Shown piece by piece: positions 1 through 23,013 of a stretch of 64,000 nucleotides of DNA. Numbering within the stretch: position 1 is the first letter of the stretch; the number at the start of each line of letters is the position of its first letter. Where the stretch lies: contig OZ234493.1 of assembly GCA_965153455.1 (NCBI GenBank), positions 16,730,213-16,794,212 on the forward strand. Direction: 5' to 3'. The notes below the pieces were generated by a model that searched no databases, was not told the origin of the DNA, and worked only from the letters and a program-made list of their open reading frames with translations. The position numbers and the translations under genes are program-made. Origin of the DNA: Sphagnum compactum (lineage: Eukaryota).

Positions 1-3000
1 ATTATCGGAAGAATGCATTTGATGCAGGAGAGGATGGCTTGGGCAAGAATTGCCACTCTTTAAAACGGGCAAGTGCTGTTTTGACCTCTCTTTTGTTGAT
101 AATACTGCCTGAATGGAAACTATGTTTTTGTTTGGCTATTTAATGTGACTTGAGTCTACAGCTTATTGAGAGAGAAAGAGGTAATTAGGGAGATGGGAGT
201 TGTAAGCTCAACTTGACACAATTGCAGCTTCAAATCTGCAGGGGTGTGACTGTCTTGGGTACATCAAGTACTTTGATGCGCACTTCACAAACTTCCATGG
301 CGGGGTTGAGACGGTTGAAAACTGTGTGTGCATGCATGAGGAAGACCATGGCATTATGTGGAAGCATCAGGATTGGCGAACAGGTTCAGAAGAAGTCCGG
401 CGATCCCGCCGCCTGACTGTTTCCTTCTTCTGCACAGTTGCAAATTATGAATATGGGTTCTACTGGCATTTTTACCAGGTTGGGTGTTATCTTCCTTTTG
501 TCCATTTCAAATAAGCTCTTGTCCTCACCTTTCACCCTGTGGTAGTCAAAAGCCAAAAGAAGCCAAAGGGTAGTAACATGGCAGTGGGTGGATGCACATG
601 TCATTTGAGATACTTGATGTGCGTTCTATGGCAGCTCTGGTGATGATGATTTGTGCAGATTTTTCTTGCATTCACATGTGGGTCACCAAGTATGTTAGTT
701 TCCAGGTTTTGATCTGTCACTGCTTGCAAGAAACTTTTAGCAAACTTGCCCCCAAGGCTTTCCATGACCTTCTTTCATACTTTATTCACTTGAAGAATGT
801 CTGCTATCTCTGATTGTAGAGCCAAGTCTAGGTCCCGAGAGATTGACATTGGTTCCCATCTGCTGGTTCTCTGTGTACCCTTGTTATGGATACTGAAAGG
901 ATCAAAAAGGGTCTTTGTGGTGTCCCTACAGCCATTGCCCATGTTTTCAGGGTTCATCCTAGAGCAAAACAGATGTGAGGAATACAAGCAAAAGTTTTTG
1001 GTCTGTTGTGCAAATCTTGTACCCCCTGCTTGACAACCCCGGCAACAAGCCATGATCACATACTCAGTGGTTAAAACTACATGTGAGGATCAAGTGTGGC
1101 AGCTGTTTTGTAGGCCAGAAGAGAATCATAGCTTGATGAAGGCCTTTAGTGTACATGAAGGAAAAAAAGGTTTGTAAGGTTTGTAGCTACGTGCAGAACT
1201 CTGTCAGAATTTTTACTATACTAAGTTGCTCATAGAAATCAAAACTGACACCTCTGTGGGTTGGTTGTGGCAGGATGGCCGAATAGAGGCAGAAGTGAAG
1301 CTGACTGGTATTCTCAGCCTGGGGGCGTTGAAAACAGATGAACATCGCCGACATGGTACTCTTATTGCACCTGGGTTGTATGCACCAGTGCACCAGCATT
1401 TCTTTGTTGCCCGGTTGGATATGGCAGTGGACTGTAAGCCAGGGGAAGGCTGGAATCAGGTACTGCCAAGATATCCTCTGGACAGATAGTAGTACTGGTA
1501 CTTTTTTTGGTAAAGTTTCTGAAACAATTCTTGTCTCAGTTCCCTGACATAGTCACCTCTGCATCATCAGGTTGTTGAAGTTAATGTAAAGGTGGAGGAG
1601 CCAGGCCCTGATAATCCCCATAACAATGCGTTCTATGCTGAGGAAACACTTCTGCGGTCAGAGCTTGAGGCTCAACGTGACTGCAACTCTCTTACTGCTC
1701 GGCATTGGCTGGTACAGCTACTTTCCATTTCACCCTCCATTACATTCTTAATCAAAGTTCTTTCTGCAAATTTTAAGAAACTTGCTTTCCAATTTCTTTT
1801 TCCAGACTTATGAAATGATTTGTGCAACACAGGTACGAAACACAAGAACATTCAATCGCACAGGACAGCTGACCGGCTATAAGCTGATGCCAGGCTCCAA
1901 TTGTCTGCCATTAGCAGGTCCTGATGCCAAGTTTCTCCGGCGAGCTGCCTTCTTGAATCACAACCTTTGGGTGACGCAGTATAACCGGGATGAGTGCTTT
2001 CCAGGTGGGGAGTTCCCGAACCAAAATCCACGTGTTGGTGAAGGCCTTCCTACTTGGGTTCAGCAGGACCGAAAACTTGAGGAGACTGACATAGTCCTCT
2101 GGTACACCTTCCTTGATCCATTATCCTCATTTCATTTTGCAACTCTGATGCTGGAGTCAATCCTCAGGTTTTCCAGTAATGTCACGTCTATTTCCCTCAT
2201 TATGTAAGGAACTGGCAAAGATTTCAGTGTAGTTGGAGGGCATCTTAAAAATGTAAGATTGCCTCCACAAACTGGGCAGGACCTTAATCTTTGTAAGGTT
2301 CCTCCTTTCTTTCGTTTACATATCTATTTTTGGGCTTGTTTTTGTCATGCTGCTCTAAAGAAACTTTCACCTAGATCTTTGCATGCAGTAAAGGCCCTCA
2401 GATGGGGGCATAACCAGAATTTTCAGGGTCTCCCTTTTGCTCCCACCTCTGGCATGGACTCATTCTATTAACACCCCCTTCCTTGGGCAGTACCTACCAC
2501 CTTATGTCCATGAATATTCATCTTCTTATATCTTATGCCTATTCCTTAAGAGTGTGAGGGGAATCATGGCTACTTATAGGTTAAGATACCTCCCTCTAAA
2601 AGACTAGGTTTGAGGACCTTTGCCCTTGTATGATCTACATATGTTTAAGTTCATGATCATGTTCGTCTTGTGCTTTACAGTGGGTAAAGTCTGTGGGAAT
2701 GGCCCGCACCCTGGGGGTTTACCATAGAGAACTGTGTAATTGGCTAGATGCTTGCAGTATTGAGAAGTAGATTTGATCACATTTCTGAATAAGTACTTGG
2801 TTGCTTCTCTTCAACTGCATTTGTGCTTTGATTGCACCTGACATTCCAAAGTTTCTGGTGTCTGTGAGTACAGGTATGTATTTGGTGTAACTCATGTGCC
2901 ACGGTTGGAGGACTGGCCAGTGATGCCTGTGGAGCACATTGGGTTCCATCTCAAGGTTTCATTTTTTGGTCTTTGATCTTACTTACCCTACAGGATGAAG

Positions 3001-3270
3001 ATGCAAAAACCCTAAAACTCAAACACTGCTATGAGGTTGCAGATGTGTTTTTGCATTTTGCCGTACCAATACCCCATAATGTTTATATCTCATGTATGTG
3101 GGCTTTGACAAATGGTTTTGCAGCCACATGGGTTTTTCAATTGCTCACCAGCAATTGATATACCTCCAAGCAAAGCAGTAGTGGCAGACGATCCAGATCA
3201 CAAAGAGGTGGCTGTAAAGGGGGCTGGGCAGCCCGAGACATTGACATCAACACTCATGTCCAAACTGTAG
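1..3270 (+). CDS. CuAO: Peroxisomal copper-containing amine oxidase (CuAO-zeta-like), 3' part; 5' end lies outside the window
   Basis: Exons <1-68, 242-478, 1274-1459, 1571-1711, 1833-2101, 2874-2955, 3124-3270 splice in frame. They give [20 protein letters not shown], the TPQ motif NYEY (443-454), Cu ligands [16 protein letters not shown], and C-terminal ..LMSKL* (PTS1). All introns are GT-AG except 69-241 (GC-AG). Confidence 0.95.
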
Positions 3271-5694
3271 GCAGAAGCTATCATGTGTGCTTGTTGCAAA
3301 CATGGGTGAAAGGTTTGCTGCGAACATGGGTGAAAGGTATATTGAATGGGGGAGAAAAGTATGGTAAGGTGCAGATAGCGGTATCCGAAAGGCACAAAAG
3401 AACTACACAGAAGGTCACTTTGTTACAAGTAAAACTCTGTCTAGTCATGGTATTTGGAAAATGTAGACTTGAAGCTTGAGATAAGGCATTTGAGTTTTAT
3501 TTATGTTTTTTGGGTGGACAAGCAAGCAGCAATGCTATGCTGCCTATAAGTGATTGAGAAGTTGCAAAACAGCACTGATCTAGAATGGCTGGTGTTGTTA
3601 CTCCTCATTGTTGTCAATTTTTTGAAATTCCTTTAGTGTGCTGCCCTATGTACCACCCACCCCACTGACACTCTGATGAGTGATTATGTACCACAGAATG
3701 ACACAGCTGAGGCCTGGGCATCCTCTGACCACCTGCCTGCTTGCAAAAAAAGTTGACAAGCATGGCATGTACAAAGCAATCTTAAAGCAGTAAAATTGCT
3801 ACATTGCTGAAGGCATACCCAAAGCTACAATATCCGGTTACACTCAAAAGCTTTGGGTTCATTTGGTGTTGATGTTTCATGGTTTATTTTTTCTCGCCAG
3901 TCAGTTTCTCTATGTTTTGTCTTCCTCTGGTTGTGGGTCAGTTTTTTTTTTTCGGCTCAAGTCTTTTCTTTTTGCATTTCTCCTTGTATTGTTTGATGCT
4001 ATAGCTATTATTATGGCCGAGTCTTCCTGTTGATTCCAGAGTTGCAACAGAAACACAGTATGCAGATTAGTATTTACACTCGCCTGTACCCACTGTAGGG
4101 AGTTGATGAAGTCAGTGGGGAAGTTGTGAAAGAGAAGTGACTATCATACATGTCACTAGTGGATGGTCCCAGAACAAGTGAGAGATTGTCACTATGGTTC
4201 ATATGGCAAGTGAGTATTTTTTTGTTTTCTTGTTATTATTTTGTCTTTGTTGTATTGTGCTTTATTTACAGGTTCGTAAGTCTTGTTTTAGAAGTCTTTC
4301 TTTGACTTAAAAAGAAGTTTAAACCTTGCTCTGGCTTTCTGAGGCTGTGATTCTAAGGACAGATATATGAATGTTTCATGGCTTCAGACATTTCAAACAA
4401 GGAGCACATTGTGTAACAACTCCACTGTTTATTATGGCAGGTTGAAACAAAATCATCAGAGTTCAATAATACTAGTTTGATTCTAAAATATCAACATAAT
4501 CTTCAATTTGATTTGTGCATCTAGTTGAAACACTAACAATTTAAATCAATGACATATATTTGATGGGTCTTGCTTTAAGCTGTAAAAGGGATAAACCAGA
4601 AGAATAAACTAACCCTAATGGTATCGCATTCACACAAGAGCAGTAAAGCTGACTTGGCAAGTGACATGGCATTGGGGTTTAAGAGGGGAATAAATGTGTT
4701 GGATATCTTAACCCCAGGAAAAAAAATCCTTCAGTTTTTCTAGGTTTAGGATAAAGTTAGGGTGGAATAAGAAGGTTGATTTGACCCCTTGATTTCAAAG
4801 GGTTTAGGGTTTTGGGGTTTAGGTTCTCATGTTCAAGAGAGCTTCTACAATTGTTCTTGCCAACATACTCTCTCTTTCATGTGAGAACCACCCAGAATGG
4901 CGGGCAGCAACAAAAAATTCACCCGTGCAAAATTTTTCAAGCGTCTGGATTTTTCAGGGTGCCCAAACTGTTTGGGCACAATGAATCCTGTTTTTCAACC
5001 TTTGGAAGGTGCGTGAAATGATCGGGCAGCATAAACATTTCAAAGATGCCCAAAATTATTGAGAATCAGGATTTCCCCAGAGTGCCCAACCTTTTTGGCC
5101 AGAAATGATTTTATTTTGAACCTTTATAATCTTCATGGGGAGCCTTAACTTGCAAAACTGCATGATGTTTTTCAAGCATCCTAGAAAAATATCCTCCCAA
5201 ATATTTTCAAGCATTGGGATTTTTCGAGTTCCCAGTTTATTTAGCAGAAGTGAATTTTTTTCAACATATATAATCTGCCCGATAATTTTCAAGCAGAACA
5301 AAATTCTCAAAAATTGCCTAATTTGTTTTCTCAAATATCCTGGAAAACATCTGTCAGGAATTCTCCAGAGTGCCCAACGTTTTGGGCAGAATGGAGAATT
5401 CCTAAGTTTCCCCAAGCTGCCCAAACTTTTTTGTGTAGTTTGGAAAATCACTCAATGTGAACGGTTGAACATAGTGTTAAATTAACCCCATCATATCTTT
5501 GATCTATCCTCTTTGTGTGAATAACACAGGGGCTAGTTTGCGTCTTATATTTCAGTCATTTCATTCCCCAAATCAAGAAAGGGTTAAATGGAATAAAAAT
5601 ATCCCAACTAACCCTTGGTGTAAATCCAGGTTTAGAGATTTAATGGCATGATTCCCAAGCACAACTGAAGTGTAATTTAAAATATCATGTACTA

Positions 5695-6063
5695 GAGCAT
5701 CTCCACCGGTGCTCAGTATGTCACTGTGGATAGTAAAATTAAATGTCTAAGTTTAGCTGTTTTTGTTTGACAACCCCACCCATAAAACTGTAACTGGAAC
5801 TGCATATACATGGTGACAACTAATAGCAAACCACCTGGACCCATTATGATCTACCAATCAGAAATACTGAGCCACATTCAGGTCCAATTTATTATACTCT
5901 TTTTTGAAGGTGCACAACTGTGTTGCGCCTTTCACCAGCCACGGCAAGCTGCACGAATTTGATGCAGAAAAACCAATTTCGTCAGCTAAACTGGCACATT
6001 TTGACTTTGTACCAATAAATTTTACTCTCTGGAGTCACATACTGAGCACCAGTATAGATCCTC
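5695..6063. mobile_element. Tourist/PIF-Harbinger-like MITE, family A (~370 bp)
   Basis: Left TIR GAGCATCTCCACCGGTGCTCAGTATGTCAC; degenerate right TIR followed by TTA; no coding capacity. The paralog at 28406 has a cleaner right TIR. Confidence 0.75.
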
Positions 6064-7399
6064 TTAGATCTGTGAATGTGTCATAGTACCTTAGCAGCTT
6101 CCACACTATTTGAACTATTTGTAGAAATGTTGAAATTTCAAAAAACCAAAATTTGAGAAGGAAAATAGTGAATCTACTGGAATACTCAGGAATATTCAAT
6201 TTTGGACATGGAGGAATATTCGATTTTAATTAATTATCTGACAGACATGTGTTGAAGCTGCCTTTGCATTATGGTAATAAAAAACTAGATGAAATGTTGA
6301 CATTATATGAAATCACACCAAAACTACAAACAGTTTGTGAAGGTACTGAGAGTAGATGCTGCCAAAGAAAGAGTAATGCAAAATTGATAAAGTTTGAGGA
6401 AAATTCTCATGGTCTTTGTTAGAAAAGAGAAACCTTGGTGTTGCATAATCAATAATAAAGTATCATCAACAATCCAAATGTGTCTTGGCAATTCCAAAAC
6501 AACAATTTTGCTAAATTTCTTTGAGAAAACTTAGAAACCTTAATGTGTTATTCAGTGTAAAACGCATTTCTTTCAGCAAATTTTTTTCACACTTTTGCAT
6601 AATCAAAATATTTTTTAAAAAACTGCACAAACCCATTTACAAAACCATAAAATTGTTGTAGTACATCCATTGTTTCCTTCTCTGTTCCCCATCTGCTGCC
6701 TTCCTTTAAAGTGACAAGGTGGTTTCCAATGCCCACCCACTTGGGGCCTAGAATTTTTAACCCTTTTGCAAAGAAGAGCTTTCCATGTGGCCCATCCCAG
6801 CTCTAGACCCCTTTGGAATTAGCTTCACTATGATGGCTTTGGCCTGCAAGTGAGATTCTAGGACTTTTTAGCAATCCCTGTGAAATGGGGAGTATGACTG
6901 GCACCCAACAAACTCTAGCTCTTGCATTTGATTCTGAGTTTCCTGCCCATAAGTAGTTTGTTACTAGCTGTCTTTAATTTTTAAATAAATAGATAAAGGA
7001 AAAACACCCGGCAAGGGAACAAAAGAAGAAAAAAGAAAGGACTGAAGTCCAAACAAAAAGACCACACCCCAAAGAGCAGAATGCACAATGGGGAGCCCTA
7101 AGAGGAGAAATCATGAAACCTAGGACCTAAACCCATCACCAATAGCACGAAGCAAGTCGTGCAAGGAGATGGCCAAAAAACCTGGAAGGTTTCAACATGA
7201 GCAGAGGTTCCATATAGGTTTGGCACCATAATGAACCATTAACGTGACCTACTCATTTGAACTTTGAATAGTTTCCACCCTAATAATGATGGTCTTAGTT
7301 TGTAAAAACGGTGTAACACTAGACTTATTCATAAAGTTAGCAAATTTAATATTTCCAAACAGATTGTGTACACCATAACATGCAAACACCAAGTTATAG

Positions 7400-8125
7400 A
7401 TAGTAGGTCTTAGGTAGGTGGGAGATTCATGTGCGTACCTATGATCTATGACCTACCTAATTGTAGAACCTATTCTACCTACCTATATTAGCTTCAAAGT
7501 TCCTAGTATAGCTAGTACCTACCTACTATCTACTACATGTGGGTGGTAAAATGATTTTGTGTTCATATTTTCTATAGTGACATCTTATGTCACCACCAAA
7601 GGTGTGGTGCATTGATTAAGGACTTAGTTTGTTCTTGTGGAGGTGAGGGGTTTAGCTCCATGTAACATCCAAATGAAGTTAGATTAGATTTGGCTAGGTT
7701 AGGTTTTTCTAGGTAGGCAGGTTAAGCTAAGTAGGTTTAGGTAGGTATGTTAGGCCATGTAGGCAACTTGGGTAGGGAGACTAGCTTGGTAGGTTCAGGT
7801 AGGCAAGATAGGTAGGTAGCAGTGTTTTTTTTTTCAATTTTCGGATGGAGTCAGGGTGGCAAGCATCCCTCGGTAGATTTTGACACATTTCATCAAGTTG
7901 GCGACATTATTACAAAGGACTCTTAAACCTGTAGCCAATATACATAATTGTGGCAATACCCTCCCACCCCCCAATTGTTGTCATTTTTTGGCGATTTTAA
8001 ATTAAAAGCCCCCTTTTGTATTGGTAGCCAGGGTATTTTAAAAATAAAAATATGGCAATAAATCTCTAAAAAAAAAACACCGATAGGTATAGGTAGGTTA
8101 ACTTGGTAGGTTTGGGTAGGTAGGT
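7400..8125. repeat. Degenerate (TAGG)n/(CCTA)n-rich low-complexity region (paralogs ~29935-30615, ~45960-46350, ~62345-62750)
   Basis: Many taggtagg/acctacct motifs in both orientations, visible directly. Confidence 0.7.
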
Positions 8126-10569
8126 ATAAATGACAACTTCAAGTTCACCATCTTTTAAACCACCACATGGCACAATCTAGTTTATTTTATCTCCCATGTG
8201 GTTGGGTGATGGGATGCACACATAGTGACAGGTGCGATTAATTGGCTTCTTATGATGTGGACATATGTCACAATTTTTGATATTGTGGTAACTTTATATG
8301 CTCATTAGTACTTGACTCTAAAACATTAGCTAGGTTATTTATTTGATTAAAGATTGTCTTGTAGATCATGGTCTTTTGACCAATAGTCGTCATATAGTCC
8401 ATTGCCTATTCGACCAAGGTCTATCATAAAAATTGTTTGCTAATTCAATTAAACTTAGTCAAAAGAAACCACGACCGTTTAGATGAAAATTAATCACTTA
8501 GACCATATGTTAATTGAAAAATTATGGTTGTTCATTTTCTCACTGCCCTTGGTCTTTTTTATTATTTTATACTTGAATACACATTGGGTTTTTGAACCAT
8601 CGTAATTCTAAATGAAAATGTGTTGTGATATTTCATGACCACCCATGGTTTTAGGCTAATTGGTTTTTTAAACCAACAATGGTTTACAGATGTGTTAAAA
8701 TTGATCCCCTACAAACATAATTATTTTGTTGATAGTTTAGGTCTACAAATGGTGACAAGGTTAATTAAGCATAATCAAATAGTGGCAATGGTTACATGCT
8801 TAAATGGTATTCAGATTATATAATCACAAACCTATTACATTGTCCAAATATGTTTACATTGGCATCTAGAAAAAAGGTTCAAAAGATGTTCCATGTGACA
8901 AAAACACAGCATGATCTAATATCAACCAATAAATGTCATTTCTAATATATATCATGACCACCCAACAAACAAGTTTTCATTTGTTGCCTAGGTAAACTAC
9001 AAACATGAACTATTTAGGAATAAGTATATGTTTCTTATCCCATAAGATGACACCATTTGTCATATCTTCCATCTTGCTAATAGTTGGGGTTGGGAAAGGT
9101 AACCTCACTATCCCTTTTTAATTACCTGTCACAACTACTTGGTTATAATTGAGGATCAAGCCAAGTATGTTTGTGAATATATCATTGACAATGGACAAGG
9201 CAATGCACATGTGTATCTGGAAGGGGACTACTGTTGTTTGGACTCCCCATTGCCAAAGTTGAGAATTTTTGTGGGTTGGATACTTTTGGACGAAACTATA
9301 TGTGTCAATGCAGGTTGGGGACAAACATTTGGCTCAATCATTATTATTATGATTATAATAAATATAATGGTTTAACATCCCTAATGAAAATAGTACGAAG
9401 ACGGATTTGGGTATTGTTTTGGAGTGATGTAAGATCATCTTCACAATGATATAATCTGAGGGGAGGGGGAAACATTAGTAAAAAAAGTAAAAAATACATG
9501 AATAAAAATACAAGGTGCAATATATTGGTTGTTGGGTAAAAATTATAAGTTAATTAGTTAAAAACTAAGCTACATTCTATTCAAATAATCAATTCAACTA
9601 TAATATAGGGTATGTAAAAATATGAAACAATGGATTATAATTAATATAGGGTGGCTTTAATATGTATATATTAGAAAATTAGATAATAATAGGGTGATAA
9701 AAAATAGGTTGAATAATTATCTAATACCCCCTTAAAAGTGGTTGTTTCACGCATGTAAATCCCAAACTTTTCACTAAATGTCCCCTCGGGATATAATAAA
9801 TCCAACGCCAATTTGTATTCTAAATTGAAGTGACAATTTACCTATACCACCATCATTTGGTCCAACCTCTAGAAACCAAACTTGTTCCAATGAAAATCTT
9901 GTTCTCACCCTCCAAATTATGATCATTCAATTCAAGAACAACATCATGGCCTTTGAACACAAGTTCATGACATCTTCTTGCCCTTCAAGGATAATCAATA
10001 AAATAATTGGCATCTTTAGTTGTTCTAAATATTCATTAGTAGGTGCCATATTACAGCAGAGAAAATATTTTGTTGTTAAAAAAAAATCTCAACTTTGTTA
10101 CAAATTCCTACATATAGCCAAGACCTAGTCACAAGGAATGGTTTAAAAAACTTGAATTTTTGGGGATAAGGTGTGTGAGGATATTTACAATAAAGACAAA
10201 TGGATTTGTTGTGTTGATAGACCTCCTTAAAACAAAGTGGAGAATCCTAAACATGATGCCACAAACGTTTATGGGTATATGGTTGCATTGAAGGAATCTA
10301 AGAACTAATTTGATGAAAACATTCTATTGAAAATAGTGAGTCTATTCAAATTGTAGCACTTCATGCATTGTAGCTTTACCTTCATCAATTGTAGTCTTGT
10401 CTTGAAGAAAGTGACAAGGTGGGTAAACATGTAAGAAAACTTGAAAAACCTTGTTTATAAAATAATCCTTGGGAAATTGATGCCAAAAGATAAAACAAAC
10501 GTGTTATGTATTGTGCAAATCATGGCCACAAGTTGTTCAATGGCCCATAAACATAAATGTGTCATCGTA

Positions 10570-19511
<8,942 letters not shown>

Positions 19512-21929
19512 GACTAGGAGCAAAAGTTTGAAAGACTACCCACTATTGACCACTGCAAGCACAGACACAGACAAGCGTGGCTTAGTATCCTCAACATCAA
19601 TTGAAAAGAACAGAACTTGCCAAGTCTAGTATGCCGAATGGAAAAGAACTCTGATAAATTACAACACTTAAGGTCTTAGGTAGGGACAAGCAAAAGTAGA
19701 GAGATATTGCCAAGTGCTAATTGCATTTTGCTGGCACCTAGTTCAAATTTCCTCTGCATGGAAATTTCCTGTAACGTTTAGTCACTTTGAAAGTCAAGCG
19801 AAACGCTGAATCTGCTGGGGCCAGAGCTTCACCAGCAGTAGACAAAAGCGTTGAAATTGACCAATTTGCCACCAATTGAATACTAAAGCCTGGAAAACTT
19901 CTTTTTCTTTGAGCTCTTGGAACCGACTTGGGGTTCATGTCAGTTGGGTAGCCAAGTCAAAGAGGTAGCCTAGGGGAAAATTTCTTGGGGTCCCGGTGAA
20001 CTAGCACCCACCAGTGCACCATGCAGAATGAATGGTAAGTGCTCTGGAAACAGTTTTCTATTGGGTTCCGGTTCCATTGCTGAGGATGACACTGGTTAGT
20101 TCAATTACTTTTTTTAAAAACAGCCCTTACCTATGTATAAATCATCTACTTACATACTAGTTACCTGTTTTATTGTTGGCATTGCCTAGCAAGGCAAGGA
20201 TATTGTGTTCAGATTCATTATAGAGAACAATAGTTTAAGGGATTTTGGCTACTAGGTAATAGGTTTATTTTCATATGAGGATTTTTGAAAGATGATATTT
20301 TGGCTTGTGTTGAAACTTGAGATTAGTTATAGAGTTATATTATCTTGAAGGATTTTGATTCCTTTTAAAAGATTATATTTTTGCATGGTGAAATATTTGA
20401 GTTTCCATAATTCTTCTTTTGCCTTCAGATACTTTTTAATGTAAATGGCAAGGCCAGAGTGGGGGGACACACCCCTTGTTACCTATCTGCCAACAAATGG
20501 ACAGCACCTACTTCTCACAGAATGGCTTACCAAGGTGAGACTAGATAACTCACTTGAGGTCTACCCACTTCTTATTTTTAACTGGCATCCAGTGGATGGT
20601 GCAATGGTGGATACTGATTTGCTCTAGACCTGGAACAGGCTCTGGTAATGCCCATCACCACGTAATGAGAGCTGGGTTCACCCTACCAGCTTTGGTGCGT
20701 TCATAATTATACCTGGGCTCTTCCACTGTTGGTGACTTATTTTGGTGTCCTGTAAAGTACCCATATATATAGGTTTTGGATTTTTTCCTTGGGTGGGACA
20801 AGCTGGTGCTTCCACTTGTGGGGCTGTCATCAACAGTGGAGAGCAACCTTGGATGATGTGAATCGACAGTGAGGACCACGAAGGAACATTAGTTACCTTT
20901 CGAAACAAGCGCCCAGGTAGAAACCTTTTATCACCTAATTGAACATTAGCTCACCACATTCCTAGGTGGAATGGGCCCCCTAAATGGAGGGTTTGGAGTG
21001 AGTTTGTGTCTTATCCATGCATGAGTACTGTATCAGAAATGGACTTGGAGAACCATGTTTGGAAATGTCAATAGAAGTGCGTAGGATTTTTGTAAAATTA
21101 CGTAATGGCTGCAAAGAATGTCAAGACAGGGACGTAGGATTTGTGCAACTTTATGCTAGCATGTCCATATTTGTCAAATCCACAATTGATTTCTGGTATC
21201 TCCCAAAAGTTGAACATCACAATGATTGTCCAGGGTTGAGAAGTTTTTGTGCTTGAGATCGTACCAACACTCAACCTAGGCCTAGCCCTCAATATAGTTG
21301 AGCCTAGGTGTCATCTAAGATACATTAATTAATAAGTTAAGTTAGGTTGATAATTAGATAATAATTAAGTAAGTGCATAGCTAAGAAGTTGTTAATAGAT
21401 AAAAGATAATAGTAGTGATGAAGTTGCAATTGAATCACAAGGTTATGATCACTTTCATTCTTGTGGGGTTTCTTTGGGTTTGTTTCACGCTAACCATTAA
21501 CCGGTTCTTAAAAGATTTGATAGCTGATTTTTCTTAATATTGTGAAATTTCATAGTCATACACTACTAAAGTCTAATTATCCAATTTCAATTTTCTAATG
21601 AGAATACCAAATTGATTATTACAATGAGTTATTGGATGAATGTTTAGAAGTGTACAAATTTGCCAAGTGTGAAAGAAGGTGCAGATTCCAAAAAATTCTG
21701 CCTGCGCGTTGCTAGTCAGTAAGCAGAAGAAAGATTGTTTTATCATTTTCTTATTGGTAGAACTGAGTTACCATCGCTTAGGATTTGCATTAGTGGTGGC
21801 CGATTATTGCTTTTTGGCAGTGTTATCAAAAAAAGTTTTAAAATTTAGATAGGCTACTTTGTTGATCCAATGAAATTGTTGTTCTCTAGTTCATTGGCAA
21901 TATAATATTAATTTGATTCCAAAACGTGA

Positions 21930-22480
21930 ACATGATTTCAACTTGATTTGTGCATCTAGTTGAACGAATAATTTTAATCAATTACAGATATTTTGTGGGA
22001 CAACCTCAGAGATTTAATTGCATTCCTAAACATGACTGAAGTTCGTTGAAAATGTGATGTATTACATTTACGGACATGTTGACAATACAAAACTGCAAGA
22101 AATGTTGACATTATATGGAAATGGGGCCAAGTCCACAAACATTTTGTCAAGAATGTGAAGGTACTAATAGTAGATGTTGCCAAAGAAAGAGCAATACACA
22201 ATTCATAATATTTGGAGGGAAATACTCATTTGTTAGAAAATTGAAACCTTTGTGTTACAAAATCAATAATAAACTGTCATCAACAATCGAAAGGTGTGTT
22301 GACAATTCCAACAAAACCAATTGTACTATAATTCTTTGAGAAAAACTTGGAAATTTTAAAAATGTTTTTAGGTGTAAAATGCGGTTTTTCAACAAAAATT
22401 TACCACTTTGCCAAATAAAAATTGTTTTGAAAAAAACTGCACAAACCCATACAAAACCGTAAAATTGTTATAATATGTCC
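21930..22480 (+). repeat. Dispersed repeat, older paralog of pieces at ~4490-4570, ~5630-5670 and ~6290-6660
   Basis: Shared strings such as gatttgtgcatctagttga, agagatttaat.gcat, gaaggtact...agtagatg.tgccaaagaaagag and aaaaactgcacaaacccat, in the same order and orientation. Confidence 0.7.
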
Positions 22481-22713
22481 CAATGCTTACTGAACACTTG
22501 CTGATGTATGTCACAGAGAACAGACATAATAGATGACTCTAGAAAATATTTTTGTATTGGGGAGAGACCTCTTCCCAAGGAGTTGCTGAACTTCCTTATC
22601 GCCCTTGTTGGCAGGACATCCATCCCTCCAGGAAGTCCTTGGGCCCTGTGAAGACGACTTCAGGTGCATAAAGATTTTTCTGCTGAATCGCTTTATCATT
22701 TTGAATGAGGTTA

Positions 22714-23013
22714 GAGCATCTCCACCGCAAAACTGTAAACAGCTCCTTTACATTAAAATAGAATAGTATGCAATGATCACCATCCCCACCCACAAACGTC
22801 AAAGAAGTCCATTTAAACACTCAAAGACCATTTATGTCTTTACATCTAGACCAGTAATAGTCAATGTCCAAATCCATAGTAGAAAAAGGTTTTGAAGGGG
22901 TTGAAGTGACCACTGCAAAATGGACATCAATACAGGAGCGCAGCAGGATTTACGAAATCCTGCTGCAACATTTAATGAAAAGGGGTGTTTGCAAGCGTGC
23001 GGTGGAGATGCTC
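22714..23013. mobile_element. Tourist/PIF-Harbinger-like MITE, family B (300 bp)
   Basis: Perfect 16-bp TIR GAGCATCTCCACCGCA / TGCGGTGGAGATGCTC, with a TTA target-site duplication on both sides. Confidence 0.85.

Noticed and set aside
4798-4825. Interstitial telomere array
   Set aside because: Only about two TTTAGG(G)-like units; too short to call.
5056-5485. Overlapping 131-aa and 116-aa ORFs
   Set aside because: Lie within repeat-like DNA and are not preserved in the unit B paralog.
21017-21256. Cys-rich ~80-aa ORF recurring at 43395 and 59514
   Set aside because: Recurrence is explained by recent duplication; starts and N-terminal frames differ between copies; no recognisable domain.
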